A stretch of 64,000 bases of DNA from Laetmonice hystrix (Eukaryota): contig OZ249436.1 of assembly GCA_965235115.1 (NCBI GenBank), positions 3,536,001-3,600,000 on the forward strand. Reading direction: 5' to 3'. Numbering within the stretch: position 1 is the first letter of the stretch; each line of letters starts with the position of its first letter. Below are positions 1 through 12,305 of the stretch, one piece after another. A program made the position numbers and the translations under genes. The notes below the pieces were generated by a model. That model saw only the letters and a program-made list of their open reading frames with translations, ran no database searches and had not been told where the DNA came from.

Positions 1-286
1 TACCACGTGTCAGTGCAGGGACTATTTAGATGTTGGGGGTTATTGTTATGAGGCATACAACACAAAAAAGTATAAACGTAATTATGCAAGTCCGTGAGCG
101 AGTGTAGTGGCCCCTGGTGGCATGTGGGGGAACCCTCCCACAGTCTGGCTCTGTGTGCTGGGAGGGTTGCTGGATAATGGCAGCAGAGGGTCTGCAGAGC
201 AACAAATAAACTTCCACAGATATAACTTGGCTCGTCAGTTTAGATACAACCTCCACCGAGAAACATTTCTGAGAAAATAAACTCAC

Positions 287-451
287 ATTAAAGCCAAGAT
301 AACTCCTGCGAGAAACCCTGATGATGTTATGAAGGACAGTATGACTGTGATGGCTGGTGCACTCTCCTCCCACTGGCCAACCAATTCAGAGATCACCTGG
401 TACGATGTGTCTTTGTTCCGGTACGGCCCACATACTGCTGACGGCTTCAAT
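287..451 (-). CDS. TMC: TMC coding exon 14
   Basis: LKPSAVCGPYRNKDTSYQVISE...VILAL; ctgacag / GTGAGT; frame differs from the ORF-track call. Confidence 0.9.
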
Positions 452-3400
452 CTGTCAGGGTAGGATCAAAGTCTGAGTGAGGGATCACACTGAACACGGC
501 TTCAATCTGTCAGGGTAGGATCAAAGTCTGAGTAAGTGAGGGATTCACACTGAACATGGCTTCAATCTGTCAGGGAAGGATCAAAGTCTGAGTAAGTGAG
601 GGATTCACACTGAACATGGCTTCAATCTGTCAGGGTAGGATCAACGTCTGAGTAAGTGGGGGATTCACACTGAACATGGCTTCAATCTGTCAGGGTAGGA
701 TCAAAGTCTGAGTAAGTGAGGGATTCACACTGAACATGGCTTCAATCTGTCAGGGAAGGATCAAAGTCTGAGTAAGTGGGGGATTCACACTAAACACGGC
801 ATCAATCTGTCAGGGTAGGATCAAAGTCTGAGTAAGTGGGGAATTCACACTGAACATGGCTTCAATCTGTCTGGGAAGGATCAAAGTCTGAGTAAGTGGG
901 GGATTCACACTGAACATGGCTTCAATCTGTCTGGGAAGGATCAAAGTCTGAGTAAGTGGGGGATTCACACTGAACATGGCTTCAATCTGTCAGGGTAGGA
1001 TCAAAGTCTGAGTAAGTGAGGGATTCACACTGAACATGGCTTCAATCTGTCTGGGAAGGATCAAAGTCTGAGTAAGTGGGGGATTCACACTGAACATGGC
1101 TTTAATCTGTCAGGGTAGGATCAAAGTCTGAGTAAGTGGGGGATTCACACTGAACATGGCTTTAATCTGTCAGGGTAGGATCAAAGTCTGAGTAAGTGAG
1201 GGATTCACACTGAACATAGCTTCAATCTGTCAGGGTAGGATCAAAGTCTGAGTAAGTGAGGGATTCAGACTGAACATGGCTTCAATCTGTCAGGGTAGGA
1301 TCAAAGTCTGAGTAAGTGAGGGATTCAGACTGAACATGGCTTCAATCTGTCAGGGTAGGATCAAAGTCTAAGTGAGGGATTCACACTGAACATGGCTTCA
1401 ATCTGTCAGGGTTGGATCAAAGTCTGAGTAAGTGGGGGATTCACACTGAACATTCAATCTGTCAGGGTAGGATCAAAGTCTGAGAAAAGTGGGGGATTCA
1501 CACTGAACATTCAATCTGTCAGGGTAGGATCAAAGTCTGAGTAAGTGGGGGATTCACACTGAACATTCAATCTGTCAGGGTAGGATCAAAGTCTGAGAAA
1601 AGTGGGGGATTCACACTGAACATTCAATCTGTCAGGGTAGGATCAAAGTCTGAGGAAAGTGAGGGATTCACACTGAATATTCAATCTGTCAGGGTAGGAT
1701 CAAAGTCTGAGTAAGTGGGGGATTCACACTGAACATTCAATCTGTCAGGGTAGGATCAAAGTCTGAGAAAAGTGGGGGATTCACACTGAACATGGCTTCA
1801 ATCTGTCAGGGTTGGATCAAAGTCTGAGTAAGTGGGGGATTCACACTGAACATGGCTTCAATCTGTCAGGGTAGGATCAAAGTCTAAGTGAGGGATTCAC
1901 ACTGAACATGGCTTCAATCTGTCAGGGTTGGATCAAAGTCTGAGTAAGTGGGGGATTCACACTGAACATTCAATCTGTCAGGGTAGGATCAAAGTCTGAG
2001 AAAAGTGGGGGATTCACACTGAACATTCAATCTGTCAGGGTAGGATCAAAGTCTGAGTAAGTGGGGGATTCACACTGAATATTTAATCTGTCAGGGTAGG
2101 ATCAAAGTCTGAGAAAAGTGGGGGATTCACACTGAACATGGCTTCAATCTGTCAGGGTTGGATCAAAGTCTGAGTAAGTGGGGGATTCACACTGAACATG
2201 GCTTCAATCTGTCAGGGTAGGATCAAAGTCTAAGTGAGGGATTCACACTGAACATGGCTTCAATCTGTCAGGGTTGGATCAAAGTCTGAGTAAGTGGGGG
2301 ATTCACACTGAACATTCAATCTGTCAGGGTAGGATCAAAGTCTGAGAAAAGTGGGGGATTCACACTGAACATTCAATCTGTCAGGGTAGGATCAAAGTCT
2401 GAGTAAGTGGGGGATTCACACTGAATATTCAATCTGTCAGGGTAGGATCAAAGTCTGAGAAAAGTGGGGGATTCACACTGAACATTCAATCTGTCAGGGT
2501 AGGATCAAAGTCTGAGTAAGTGGGGGATTCACACTGAACATGGCAATAAATGACAGCAGTTCATCTAATCACTGGTTATTCTAGTTATACAGATATAGTG
2601 TTATAAGGATATTACTCGCAGTTAGCTTGTCACAAAGTGACACATGACAGATTACATTAATTTAATATATTAAAATGGTGTTACTTACACAACAATACTG
2701 TAGCCAACAGCCACAAAGCAGAGTACTAGGGCAAGGCCAAGGAAGGATATGATGATAGTGTGAGTGCGGCCCCCGCGCCACGGTTTCCCAGACGGCACAC
2801 AGTTCATCATTACGCTGTATCGCTTCACGTAGAAGATGATGAGAGTTTTCAGGATGGCAATCACACAAAGTAATGGACTGTAGAACGTGCCCAACCTGAC
2901 AAAAACAACCAATCACACACAGTAATGGACTGTAGAACGTGCCCAACCTGACAAAAACAACCAATCACACAGTAACGGACTGTAGAACGTGCCCAACCTG
3001 ACAAAAACAACCAATCACACAGTAACGGACTGTAGAACGTGCCCAACCTGACACAACAACCAATCACACACAGTAACGGACTGCAGAACGTGCCCAACCT
3101 GACAAAACAACCAGTCACACACAGTAATGGACTGTAGAACGTGCCCAACCTGACAAAAACAACCAATCACACACAGTAACGGACTGTAGAACGTGCCCAA
3201 CCTGACAAAACAACCAATCACACACAGTAATGGACTGTAGAACGTGCCCAACCTGACAAAAACAACCAATCACACACAGTAATGGACTGTAGAACGTGCC
3301 CAACCTGACAAAACAACCAATCACACACAGTAATGGACTGTAGAACGTGCCCAACCTGACAAAAACAACCAATCACACAGTAATGGACTGTAGAACGTGC

Positions 3401-6400
3401 CCAACCTGACAAAACAACCAATCACACACAGTAATGGACTGTAGAACGTGCCCAACCTGACAAAACAACCAGTCACACACAGTAATGGACTGTAGAACGT
3501 GCCCAACCTGACAAAAACAACCAATCACACACAGTAACGGACTGTAGAACGTGCCCAACCTGACAAAAACAACCAATCACACACAGTAACTGTAATGGGC
3601 TGTAGAACGTGCCCAACCTGACAAACGTGCCCAACCTGACAAGCAATCACACTGATGACTGAGAAACTCGCCAGTTACTGTACAAATAGTATCCAGGTAT
3701 GCCAGTCATCTTCTCTCATGTCCATAAACAATTATAACGTTGTGTCTCAGAGCAACCCCATTAGTGGTTCCAAATAAAATCTTTGGCATACAAGGAGACA
3801 CCATAAGTTATCTTCATGTGTTAGCAACTAGAATATATCACTTTCAGTACGGTACAAGCATAGGTTTATACAAACTATTCTGTACTACCAGGTTATAGAA
3901 CCTACACCAGGCAAGTATCTCAACCTGGCATCCCGGTCACTTTCAGTACGGTACAAGCATAGGTCTACATACAAACTATTCTGCACTACCAGGTTATAGA
4001 ACCTACACCAGGCTGACCCTGTGAGTTTACCCTGTGAGTATCTCACCCTAACATCCCGGTTTGAATGACCTGTTGGAGTATAAAATACCTTTTCATTTTC
4101 TTGGTGACTTACCAGATCAAAGCCTGGGAGTAGATGAGGTACAGAGTGTTACGACCGATGTTAAACTCTGGGTATCCTAGCGACTTACAGCAAAACTGGG
4201 CCATTAGTCTACAAGGATATCAGAATAGAAATCACTGACAATGGCACTGGAATACTCAAATTCTTGTAGACAAATACAGGCACTACTGAAAGGTTTACAT
4301 GAAGTCAATATAGATATGTTTCATCATTATTATGAAAGGTCTGTTTGTCCTTACCTTCGGATAAGTTCAGCAAAGAATGTAATTAGCAGTGTTACCAGGA
4401 AGTCGACAATAACAAGACGGTAAATGTTCTCCCCCATGAAGTTTTCCCAGCACTGAAATGTTAAACAATCTAGGTACAGCATTTAGTATATTTCTTTGTT
4501 TCCAAGCTGAAGCAGTGAAAAGCCTTTTCCTAAATTTAAGACAAATGTTGAAACCACTTTTCCTTTTAACTCCAGGTATTGTCCGCATAGACAAATTTCC
4601 ACGACTTACTGTCAATAACAGTGAATAACCCCTTACCGGTCTACACTGTGTGTCCTTGTCCAGCCACTTGCGATCAGCACAGTCGACATTGTCAAACCAG
4701 AAGTAGATGAGGATGGCAAGGGTTGTTATGTAGAGTGTGATTGTGCTGGAAATGTAAACAACCATTGTTACAACAACGGTAAAACTGGACAACCTCAACA
4801 CTATACACTGGTATGATGTCTTTTTTTTGTGGCTGAATTTGACTGAGTTTGCTCTTAAAGCAAACACCAACTATTTCTTATTTCAGTGACTCCAAAATGC
4901 AGACATGGGCTGTTAGGTTAGATAAGGGTGTAGACCACATAATTCAATAAATGTATACCCACAGAAATGAAGAAATCTAATGAAACTCAACATTCCACTG
5001 TTTTCGCTATGAAGTGATCGGCTTATGGCTGGTTGTTGACATAACAGGTATTTTTCTTACAGATCAACCCTGCTCTCCTCAGATCCTCATAATGTAATAC
5101 TAGATGCTCTTCATCAGACAAGGACTTCCAGAATCCTGCCAAACCCTTGCTAGTAAAACATCTCGTATTATATACCAATGTACACCATCTAACTTCTCTG
5201 TATATTTGTAACACTTACAGTGTCATTGTAAGGTAAAGCTCAACCCTTGGGTTTGTATAGGTCTCAAAGCTCGCCAGAATGGAGAAAGCAAACGGTAAGA
5301 TATATTTGTAACACTTACCGTGTCATTGTAAGGTAAAGCTCAACCCTTGGGTTTGTATAGGTCTCAAAGCTCGCCAGAATGGAGAAAGCAAACGGTAAGA
5401 TATATTTGTAACACTTACCGTGTCATTGTAAGGTAAAGCTCAACCCTTGGGTTTGTATAGGTCTCAAAGCTCGCCAGAATGGAGAAAGCAAACGGTAAGA
5501 TATATTTGTAACACTTACCGTGTCATTGTGAGGTAAAGCTCAACCCTTGGGTTTGTATAGGTCTCAAAGCTCGCCAGAATGGAGAAAGCAAACGGTAAGA
5601 TATATTTGTAACACTTACCGTGTCATTGTAAGGTAAAGCTCGACCCTTGGGTTTGTATAGGTCTCAAAGCTCGCCAGAATGGAGAAAGCAGACGGTAAGA
5701 TATATTTGTAACACTTACCGTGTCATTGTAAGGTAAAGCTCAACCCTTGGGTTTGTATAGGTCTCAAAGCTCGCCAGAATGGAGAAAGCAAACGGTAAGA
5801 TAAAGTTGATTGCTGAGATGACAAGGGGAAGTGCCATCGTTGTCAGAAATTGGTCTTCACTCTGAAACAGACAATGTTCCCAGTACAACTAGGCGACATG
5901 TTTCACAAGACAAAGAACACTTTTCTCTAATATTTGATAGATTTACTCACACTGACACATTCGTTTAGTTCTTGCCTTTACACTTAGACTTCACGAACAT
6001 ATCTTATCTTACTGCATTAATTTCTTACTTTTAATGACTGCATCGTTGATATGAACCACACCAGGTATCCTGAGCCAGCAATCAAACCAATGACAATAAG
6101 ATTGGTACAGATACGGAATAGGATCAACCCGCAGTACTGAGACCGAGTTCGGTGAACATCTGACTTCTTGAAGACAGACAAGTATTCCTGAAACATTGCC
6201 ATAACATTATATAATCAACATACACATGTAATTGTTTCAATATCAAAACACGATAACCAGTTCTGAGCAGTACACTGGTTACAATACCGGTAAACTCACC
6301 AACCTGTAACTCCTTGAACACACTTTGTTGTTTCAGGTTTGAGCTGTACACTGGTTACAATAAACTCACCAACCTGTAACTCCTTGAACACACTTTGTTG

Positions 6401-9400
6401 TTTCAGGTTTGATCAGTACACTGGTTACAATAAACTCACCAACCTGTAACTCCTTGAACACACTTTGTTGTTTCAGGTTTGATCAGTACACTGGTTACAA
6501 TAAACTCACCAACCTGTAACTCCTTGAACACACTTTGTTGTTTCAGGTTTGATCAGTACACTGGGTTACAATAAACTCACCAACCTGTAACTCCTTGAAC
6601 ACACTTTGTTGTTTCAGGTTTGAGCAGTACACTGGTTACAATAAACTCACCAACCTGTAACTCCTTGAACACACTTTGTTGTTTCAGGTTTGAGCAGTAC
6701 ACTGGTTACAATAAACTCACCAACCTGTAACTCCTTGAACACACTTTGTTGTTTCAGGTTTGCAGCAGCTTCACTTGTAATGGTGTAGTCCCAGCCACAG
6801 AAGACTTTGGTAACAAAACGCAACTTTAACATGCCCGCTCCATCTATAAAGGTCTTTTTGTATGACCTTGTTAAGCTAAAAAAAGACAAACAAAATTCAA
6901 TACACACTGTATTTATCATTCTTGTGAGTTCTACTGATCAATTGTATTATGTTAAGATATCAACTATATTGGTTTATGGCTCTTTTCCCCAGAACCCTTT
7001 CAATTTAAACTGAAGGTACTGAATGAATCAGGAGAAAACATTTTTATGAGAAAAACCCTTTTTTTTCTTACCTGTACAGTAGAAATATAAGAGTAAGAAA
7101 ATAATATGCTGCCACGGTGAGCAAGTAACCATAAGGCATGTTGTATGGTACACCTTGTATAACAGTAATGGACTGGTTCAAATATGTGCCATAATATAAC
7201 TCGGTCTCTAGGAACCACCCCTGCAAAAAAAAAAACAAAAAAAAATAAATCAAAAATCAAAGAAAGAACAAAAAAACATGTTTAGGCATACCCTGGTATT
7301 TATTCTGGTTATGGAGACACAAGTTAATTCAGTATAGCACGACAGAAATACTTGGTGAGACCAGCAAATCAACTTCTATCAAAAGTCATGAAACTGCATG
7401 AGTTCCACGTCATGCTAGATTTTGCTGAGTTTTAACAACTTAGTAAAACTCCCCGTATAACGGCCCATGGTTATTTTATCAGATGATATCAAGTAACAAG
7501 AAACAAAAAGAAGAGAAAGATGACACAGAAAGTAGATTTCCCGACAACTTACAGCTCCTGTGATGAGTTCGACACCTGTGAAAGACTTGGAGTTTGGATA
7601 TGGGTTGTCCTGACTGACCCGATGTAACAGCTGCGGGATGACAACCAGGGCAAAGAGGACAATGAAAACAGGAATGTTGAGGAGGAAGAGCCAGCGGAGG
7701 AAAGTGAAATAGGATGCCACTCCTGTACCAAACTTTCCCTCAATCTTCGTCAGGTGACCTCTCCACAGATCAATAGAATACATGACCTCCGCAGTGTTGT
7801 CTTTCGTATGTTTCCATGCCTGCAAAAATTGAAAAAATACATGTATTTCCTATTTGTATAATACAATTAATAGATAGGCATGCACATATCTGTAAAAACT
7901 ATTGACTACCAGTAATCATGACATCATAACTTTCCTTTATTGAGTGTTTTTTAGAGAGATGAGATGATTACAATGCCAATTTGGGTCTAACTGATGTGAA
8001 CTCACGATAGCCATCCTGTATCTGGTCCGTTTAAACCAGCTCGGGTGACGATCTGATTCCTGACGGTCTGCGGTCTGCTCTAACCGTGCCCTGACAAAAT
8101 ACAATGTAATCGAGCTTATCAGGATAGGCTACAGAGTGTACAATAATCACCACCAATAAATAAAAACTCGATAAATTTCAAATTTCAATTATTTATCAAA
8201 TCCAAAATGTTGAAAATGACAGACTTGATTGATCTTTTGGTTGCTAGGTTGGTGTGTAGTTCCTTGATCTCTTCATTCTGAAGTTCTGAAGGTCGACTGA
8301 ATTCTGGGTCACTCAGCAGGTCATCAACGATCTTTCCCGTGTCCACTGCATCTGTTCCATGTTTGATTCTCAGGGTCTGGAACCCAGGCCTCTGTTTCTT
8401 GGCCTTTCCCCACAGAGTTTTATGCATGCGTATTGTGCCCAAAGTCGCTTTATGGTCAAACAGAAAAGTTAAAAAAAAAACGAATCACTTGGATTAGAAT
8501 CTATCAAATCTTCCAGGAACTTTATTTGTCATATTACGATTACTTTACTGTTATTATTGTTTCATAACTTTTATTACCGTTACTTTATTACCGTCACAAG
8601 TAAACAGAGAAAGAATATAGAACTGGTACACTACAACTCACAACATTTCAATACAGATTAAAGAAGATGGCTCATTATAAACCATGCAAGGGTCTGGAGA
8701 TTCTCAGTACTCACCCAATTGACGACTGGGCAGTTGTTCGGCTAAATTTATCTCCCAGTTTTCTTGTCGTGTTGGTGCACTTGCACGTCGTCTCAGACCC
8801 CCGCTCTGTCCAGACACAACACTAGATGGCTCTGATGGTGTTCGAATGGGAGCACGTCTGGCATACCGCTGTCCTGTGTGGTTCCCCTGACTATTGCTGG
8901 TGTACCCTGAGTTAAATGACCACGACAATGTGAACGGGAGCACGTCTAGCATACCGCTGTCCTGTGTGGTACCCCCAACTATTGCTGGTGTACCCTGAGT
9001 TAAATGACCACGACAATGTGAACGGGAGCACGTCTAGCATACCGCTGTCCTGTGTGGTACCCCCAACTATTGCTGGTGTACCCTGAGTTAAATGACCACG
9101 ACAATGTGAACGGGAGCACGTCTGGCATACCGCTGTCCTGTGTGGTTCCCCTGACTATTGCTGGTGTACCCTGAGTTAAATGACCACGACAATGTGAACG
9201 GGAGCACGTCTAGCATACCGCTGTCCTGTGTGGTACCCCCAACTATTGCTGGTGTACCCTGAGTTAAATGACCACGACAATGTGAACGGGAGCACGTCTG
9301 GCATACCGCTGTCCTGTGTGGTAACCCCGACTATTGCTGGTGTACCCTGAGTTAAATGACCACGACAATGTGAACGGGAGCACGTCTAGCATACCGCTGT

Positions 9401-10782
9401 CCTGTGTGGTACCCCCAACTATTGCTGGTGTACCCTGAGTTAAATGACCACGACAATGTGAACGGGAGCATGTCTAGCATACCGCTGTCCTGTGTGGTAC
9501 CCCTGACTATTGCTGGTGTACCCTGAGTTAAATGACCACGACAATGTGAACGGGAGCACGTCTGGCATACCGCTGTCCTGTGTGGTACCCCCAACCATTG
9601 CTGGTGTACCCTGAGTTAAATGACCAAGACAATGTGAACGGGAGCACGTCTGGCATACCGCTGTCCTGTGTGGTACCCCCAACTATTGCTGGTGTACCCT
9701 GAGTTAAATGACCACGACAATGTGAACGGGAGCACGTCTGGCATACCGCTGTCCTGTGTGGTACCCCCAACTATTGCTGGTGTACCCTGAGTTAAATGAC
9801 CACGACAATGTGAACGGGAGCACGTCTGGCATACCGCTGTCCTGTGTGGTACCCCTGACTATTGCTGGTGTACCCTGAGTTAAATGACCACGACAATGTG
9901 TTTTATGTTATACTCTAATATATTATAGACATGCGATTCTTTGGGCTCACCTTGGCACTAGTAGGTCTACATCAGAATGGTAAAAAATAAAAGATCAAGA
10001 AAATATACCATAAAAATTCATCTATTTTATATGTATTAATTGCTTTGAATGTCCAAAGTCAATCAATGCAATGCTTGTGTGAATTATTCCAAGGTGATCA
10101 CCTCAGGGGCGGATCTAGGGTCTATATTCAGGGGGGGTCCGAGGGGGGTCCAGCATAAAAAGGGCAAATCGAGGGGGGGGTCCGTTGTAAAACCAAAAGG
10201 CATTTTGGTTATAAAAAATTTAATTTGGCAAATTTGAGGGGGGGGGGGGGTCCGGACGTCGCCGACACCCCCCCTGGATCCGCCACTGCACCTAAATTTT
10301 GTAGTTATAATTCAACCAATATGCCTCAACATCAGGCACATAATAAACACTCTGCACTCTGTAATCCTGAGTCACATCTGGTATCAGAGATTACAGAGAG
10401 AGCTGTGGACAAACAATACTGACCTATATAACAGTAAACTCTTCATGTTTACGTCTAGTTGGCGACTCAGGCCTGGGCTGGACACACACCACACATACAC
10501 ACACTTACAGCAGGGTGCTATACTATTTTTCTCTTTCAATCAAGACATTCTTACAGTGACCTGGGTTACGCCTGATGCCCGTACAGAGTGGACACGTTTC
10601 TCCCTACACACTCCGGTGTTTCTGGGAACTTTCTGCAGGATCCACAGATTTCTGCCACTTTGTACACACAAACGAATGTTTGAACTTGTATCACACTCAC
10701 CCGGTTCCATTTCAATGTGTTCATGTTCTCTGGCAGCCCTGTCCGGCAGTGTACGGCCACCGTCCTCACGTTCCTGCGCCAT
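287..10782 (-). CDS. TMC: Transmembrane channel-like (TMC family) protein, probably TMC4-8/TMC7-like clade; spliced, 3' end lies outside the window
   Basis: 14 phase-consistent GT-AG exons: 10782-10701, 8906-8715, 8447-8225, 8090-8006, 7819-7553, 7220-7072, 6875-6725, 6187-6029, 5861-5719, 4745-4637, 4452-4355, 4208-4113, 2895-2689, 451-287 (2126 nt, ~708 aa). TMC-typical motifs IEGKFGTGVASYFTFLRWL, CWENFMGENIYRL, EFNIGRNTLYLIYSQ, WLGTFYSPLL and PSAVCGPYR. In-frame TAA 9 nt upstream of the ATG. Paralogue assignment is uncertain. Confidence 0.93.
440..2543. repeat. Tandem array, ~55-60 bp unit, ~36 copies, containing the acceptor of TMC exon 14
   Basis: Unit ggcttcaatctgtcagggtaggatcaaagtctgagtaagtgggggattcacactgaacat. 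Confidence 0.97.
2689..2895 (-). CDS. TMC: TMC coding exon 13
   Basis: LGTFYSPLLCVIAILK...FYVKRYSVMMNCVPS...; tttttgtcag / GTAAGT. Confidence 0.93.
2861..3641. repeat. Tandem array, ~50-52 bp unit, ~14 copies, containing the acceptor and start of TMC exon 13
   Basis: Unit repeats LGTFYSPLLCV coding sequence plus the ttgtttttgtcag acceptor (minus strand). Confidence 0.97.
4113..4208 (-). CDS. TMC: TMC coding exon 12
   Basis: LMAQFCCKSLGYPEFNIGRNTLYLIYSQALI-W; ttgtag / GTAAGT. Confidence 0.93.
4355..4452 (-). CDS. TMC: TMC coding exon 11 (start of TMC domain)
   Basis: CWENFMGENIYRLVIVDFLVTLLITFFAELIR; tttcag / GTAAGG. Confidence 0.93.
4637..4745 (-). CDS. TMC: TMC coding exon 10
   Basis: TITLYITTLAILIYFWF...QCRP; tttccag / GTAAGG. 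Confidence 0.88.
5201..5801. repeat. Tandem array, 100 bp unit, 6 copies, containing the end and donor of TMC exon 9
   Basis: Minus-strand donors at 5718, 5618, 5518, 5418, 5318, 5218. Confidence 0.97.
5719..5861 (-). CDS. TMC: TMC coding exon 9
   Basis: SEDQFLTTMALPLVISAINFILPFAFSILASFETY...LTMT-R; not in the ORF track; tttcag / GTAAGT. Confidence 0.9.
6029..6187 (-). CDS. TMC: TMC coding exon 8
   Basis: EYLS...LFRICTNLIV...QSLK; tttcag / GTAAGA. Confidence 0.9.
6292..6761. repeat. Tandem array, 70 bp unit, ~7 copies, containing the end and donor of TMC exon 7
   Basis: Unit taaactcaccaacctgtaactccttgaacacactttgttgtttcaggtttgagcagtacactggttacaa. Confidence 0.97.
6725..6875 (-). CDS. TMC: TMC coding exon 7
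   Basis: SLTRSYKK...KVFCGWDYTI...KELQ; donor GTTGGT required by phase. Confidence 0.9.
7072..7220 (-). CDS. TMC: TMC coding exon 6
   Basis: GWFLETELYYGTY...YNMPYGYLL; polyT-gcag / GTAAGA. Confidence 0.92.
7553..7819 (-). CDS. TMC: TMC coding exon 5
   Basis: AWKH...IEGKFGTGVASYFTFLRWLF...ELITGA; tttttgcag / GTAAGT. Confidence 0.93.
8006..8090 (-). CDS. TMC: TMC coding exon 4
   Basis: ttttgtcag acceptor, GTGAGT donor; ARLEQTA...YRMAI. Confidence 0.8.
8225..8447 (-). CDS. TMC: TMC coding exon 3
   Basis: Open frame ATLGTIRMH...TKRSIK; phases match neighbours; weak AAG acceptor and GTCTGT donor. Confidence 0.7.
8715..8906 (-). CDS. TMC: TMC coding exon 2
   Basis: tttaactcag acceptor, GTGAGT donor, open frame GYTSNSQ...SRQL. 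Confidence 0.75.
8848..9900. repeat. Tandem array, 88 bp unit, ~12 copies, containing the acceptor and start of TMC exon 2
   Basis: Repeated gtcatttaactcag/GGTACACCAGC on the minus strand. Confidence 0.97.
10104..10288. mobile_element. Short GC-rich MITE (CAGGGGCGGATC...GGATCCGCCACTG)
   Basis: Terminal inverted repeats, flanking direct repeat CACCT; related copy at 52196-52397 and fragments near 17234, 44020, 50549. Confidence 0.75.
10701..10782 (-). CDS. TMC: TMC coding exon 1 (MAQERED...EMEP-G)
   Basis: ATG with upstream in-frame stop; donor GTGAGT; phase 1 fits the next exon. The exon probably begins at an acceptor at 10898 (5'UTR part). Confidence 0.7.
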
Positions 10783-11261
10783 CCTAGATTACCTGCCCCT
10801 ACACGCGATCAAATCCTGCGGTGCCAGAAGCTCGGTTATCTCTCTGTCCGACTCGGTGCCATGATTGTCAACTTTATCACGGATGGTTCCACATTATTCT
10901 GAAACAAATTAAAATCACAATATAGCTCATGATCACCTTTTTCCTCTTAGTACATGTTCCACTGGTTAAAACGAAGATAGCCATCATTGGTGACAATGTT
11001 AGCACATGGCTTTGAAATGGTCGATACCTGTCATTTGACTGGTTCATTCTCTGGCTTGTTGACTAATCACATACCACAGATTTTACACAGCCAATGATGA
11101 GTTTGTCTGTGATAAAATAATGCCAATTAGGAACACAAACCGGTGGACAGATGGTGATTAAACCTGACAATGGGATAATCGTTGAAAAATCCCATGCTCG
11201 GGTAAACTCGGGTTCATGTGAGTAGAGTAGAAGCCCATGGCCAGACGTGAAGTAGTCACGA

Positions 11262-12305
11262 CCACCTGGGCCTAGCCACACCCACCTGGGCCTAGCCACG
11301 CCCACCTGGACCTAGCCACGCCCACCTGGGCCTAGCCACGCCCACCTGGACCTAGCCACGCCCACCTGAGCCTAGCCACGCCCACCTGGGCCTAGCCACG
11401 CCCACCTGGGCCTAGCCACGCCCACCTGGGCCTAGCCACAACCACCTGGGCCTAGCCACAACCACCTGGGCCCAGCTGCACTCACCTGGGCCCAGCCGCA
11501 CCCAAATGGGCCTAGCCACACCCAAATGGGCCTAGCCGCACCCAAATGGGCCTAGCCGCATCCAACTGGGCCTAGTCGCACATACCTGGGCCTAGCCGCA
11601 CCCACCCGGGCCTAGCCACACCCACCTGGGCCTAGGTGCACCCACCTGGGCCTAGGTGCACCCACCTGGGCCTAGCCACACCCACCTGGGCCTAGCCACA
11701 CCCACCTGGGCCTAGCCACACCCACCTGGGTTTAGCCACACCCACCTGGGCCTAGCAACACCCTCCTGGGCCTAGCCACACCCACCTGGGCCTAGCCACA
11801 CCCACCTGGGCCTAGCACACCCACCTGGACCTAGCCACACCCACCTGGGCCTAGCCACAACCACCTGGGCCTAGCCACATCCACCTGGGCCTAGCCACAC
11901 CCACCTGGACCTAGCCACGCCCACCTGGGCCTAGCCACGCCCACCTGGGCCTAGCCACGCCCACCTGGGCCTAACCACACCCACCTGGACCTAGCCACAC
12001 CCACCTGGGCCTAGCCACGCCCACCTGGGCCTAGCCACGCCCACCTGGGCCTAGCCACGCCCACCTGGGCCTAGCCACACCCACCTGGACCTAGCCACAC
12101 CCACCTGGGCCTAGCCACACCCACCTGGGCCTAGCCACACCCACCTGGACCTAGCCACACCCACCTGGGCCTAGCCACGCCCACCTGGGCCTAGCCACGC
12201 CCACCTGGGCCTAGCCACACCCACCTGGACCTAGCCACAACCACCTGGGCCTAGCCACACCCACATGGACCTAGCCACAACCACCTGGGCCTAGCCACAC
12301 CCACC
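11262..12305. repeat. Minisatellite, 20 bp unit (ccacacccacctgggcctag), ~52 copies
   Basis: Direct observation. Confidence 0.97.

Noticed and set aside
26..373. 115-aa ORF at the left edge
   Set aside because: Wrong frame; the TMC exon at 287-451 uses another frame with conserved motifs
2861..3576. Multiple MVVFVRLGTFYSPLL ORFs as a peptide gene family
   Set aside because: They are translations of the tandemly copied TMC exon-13 edge
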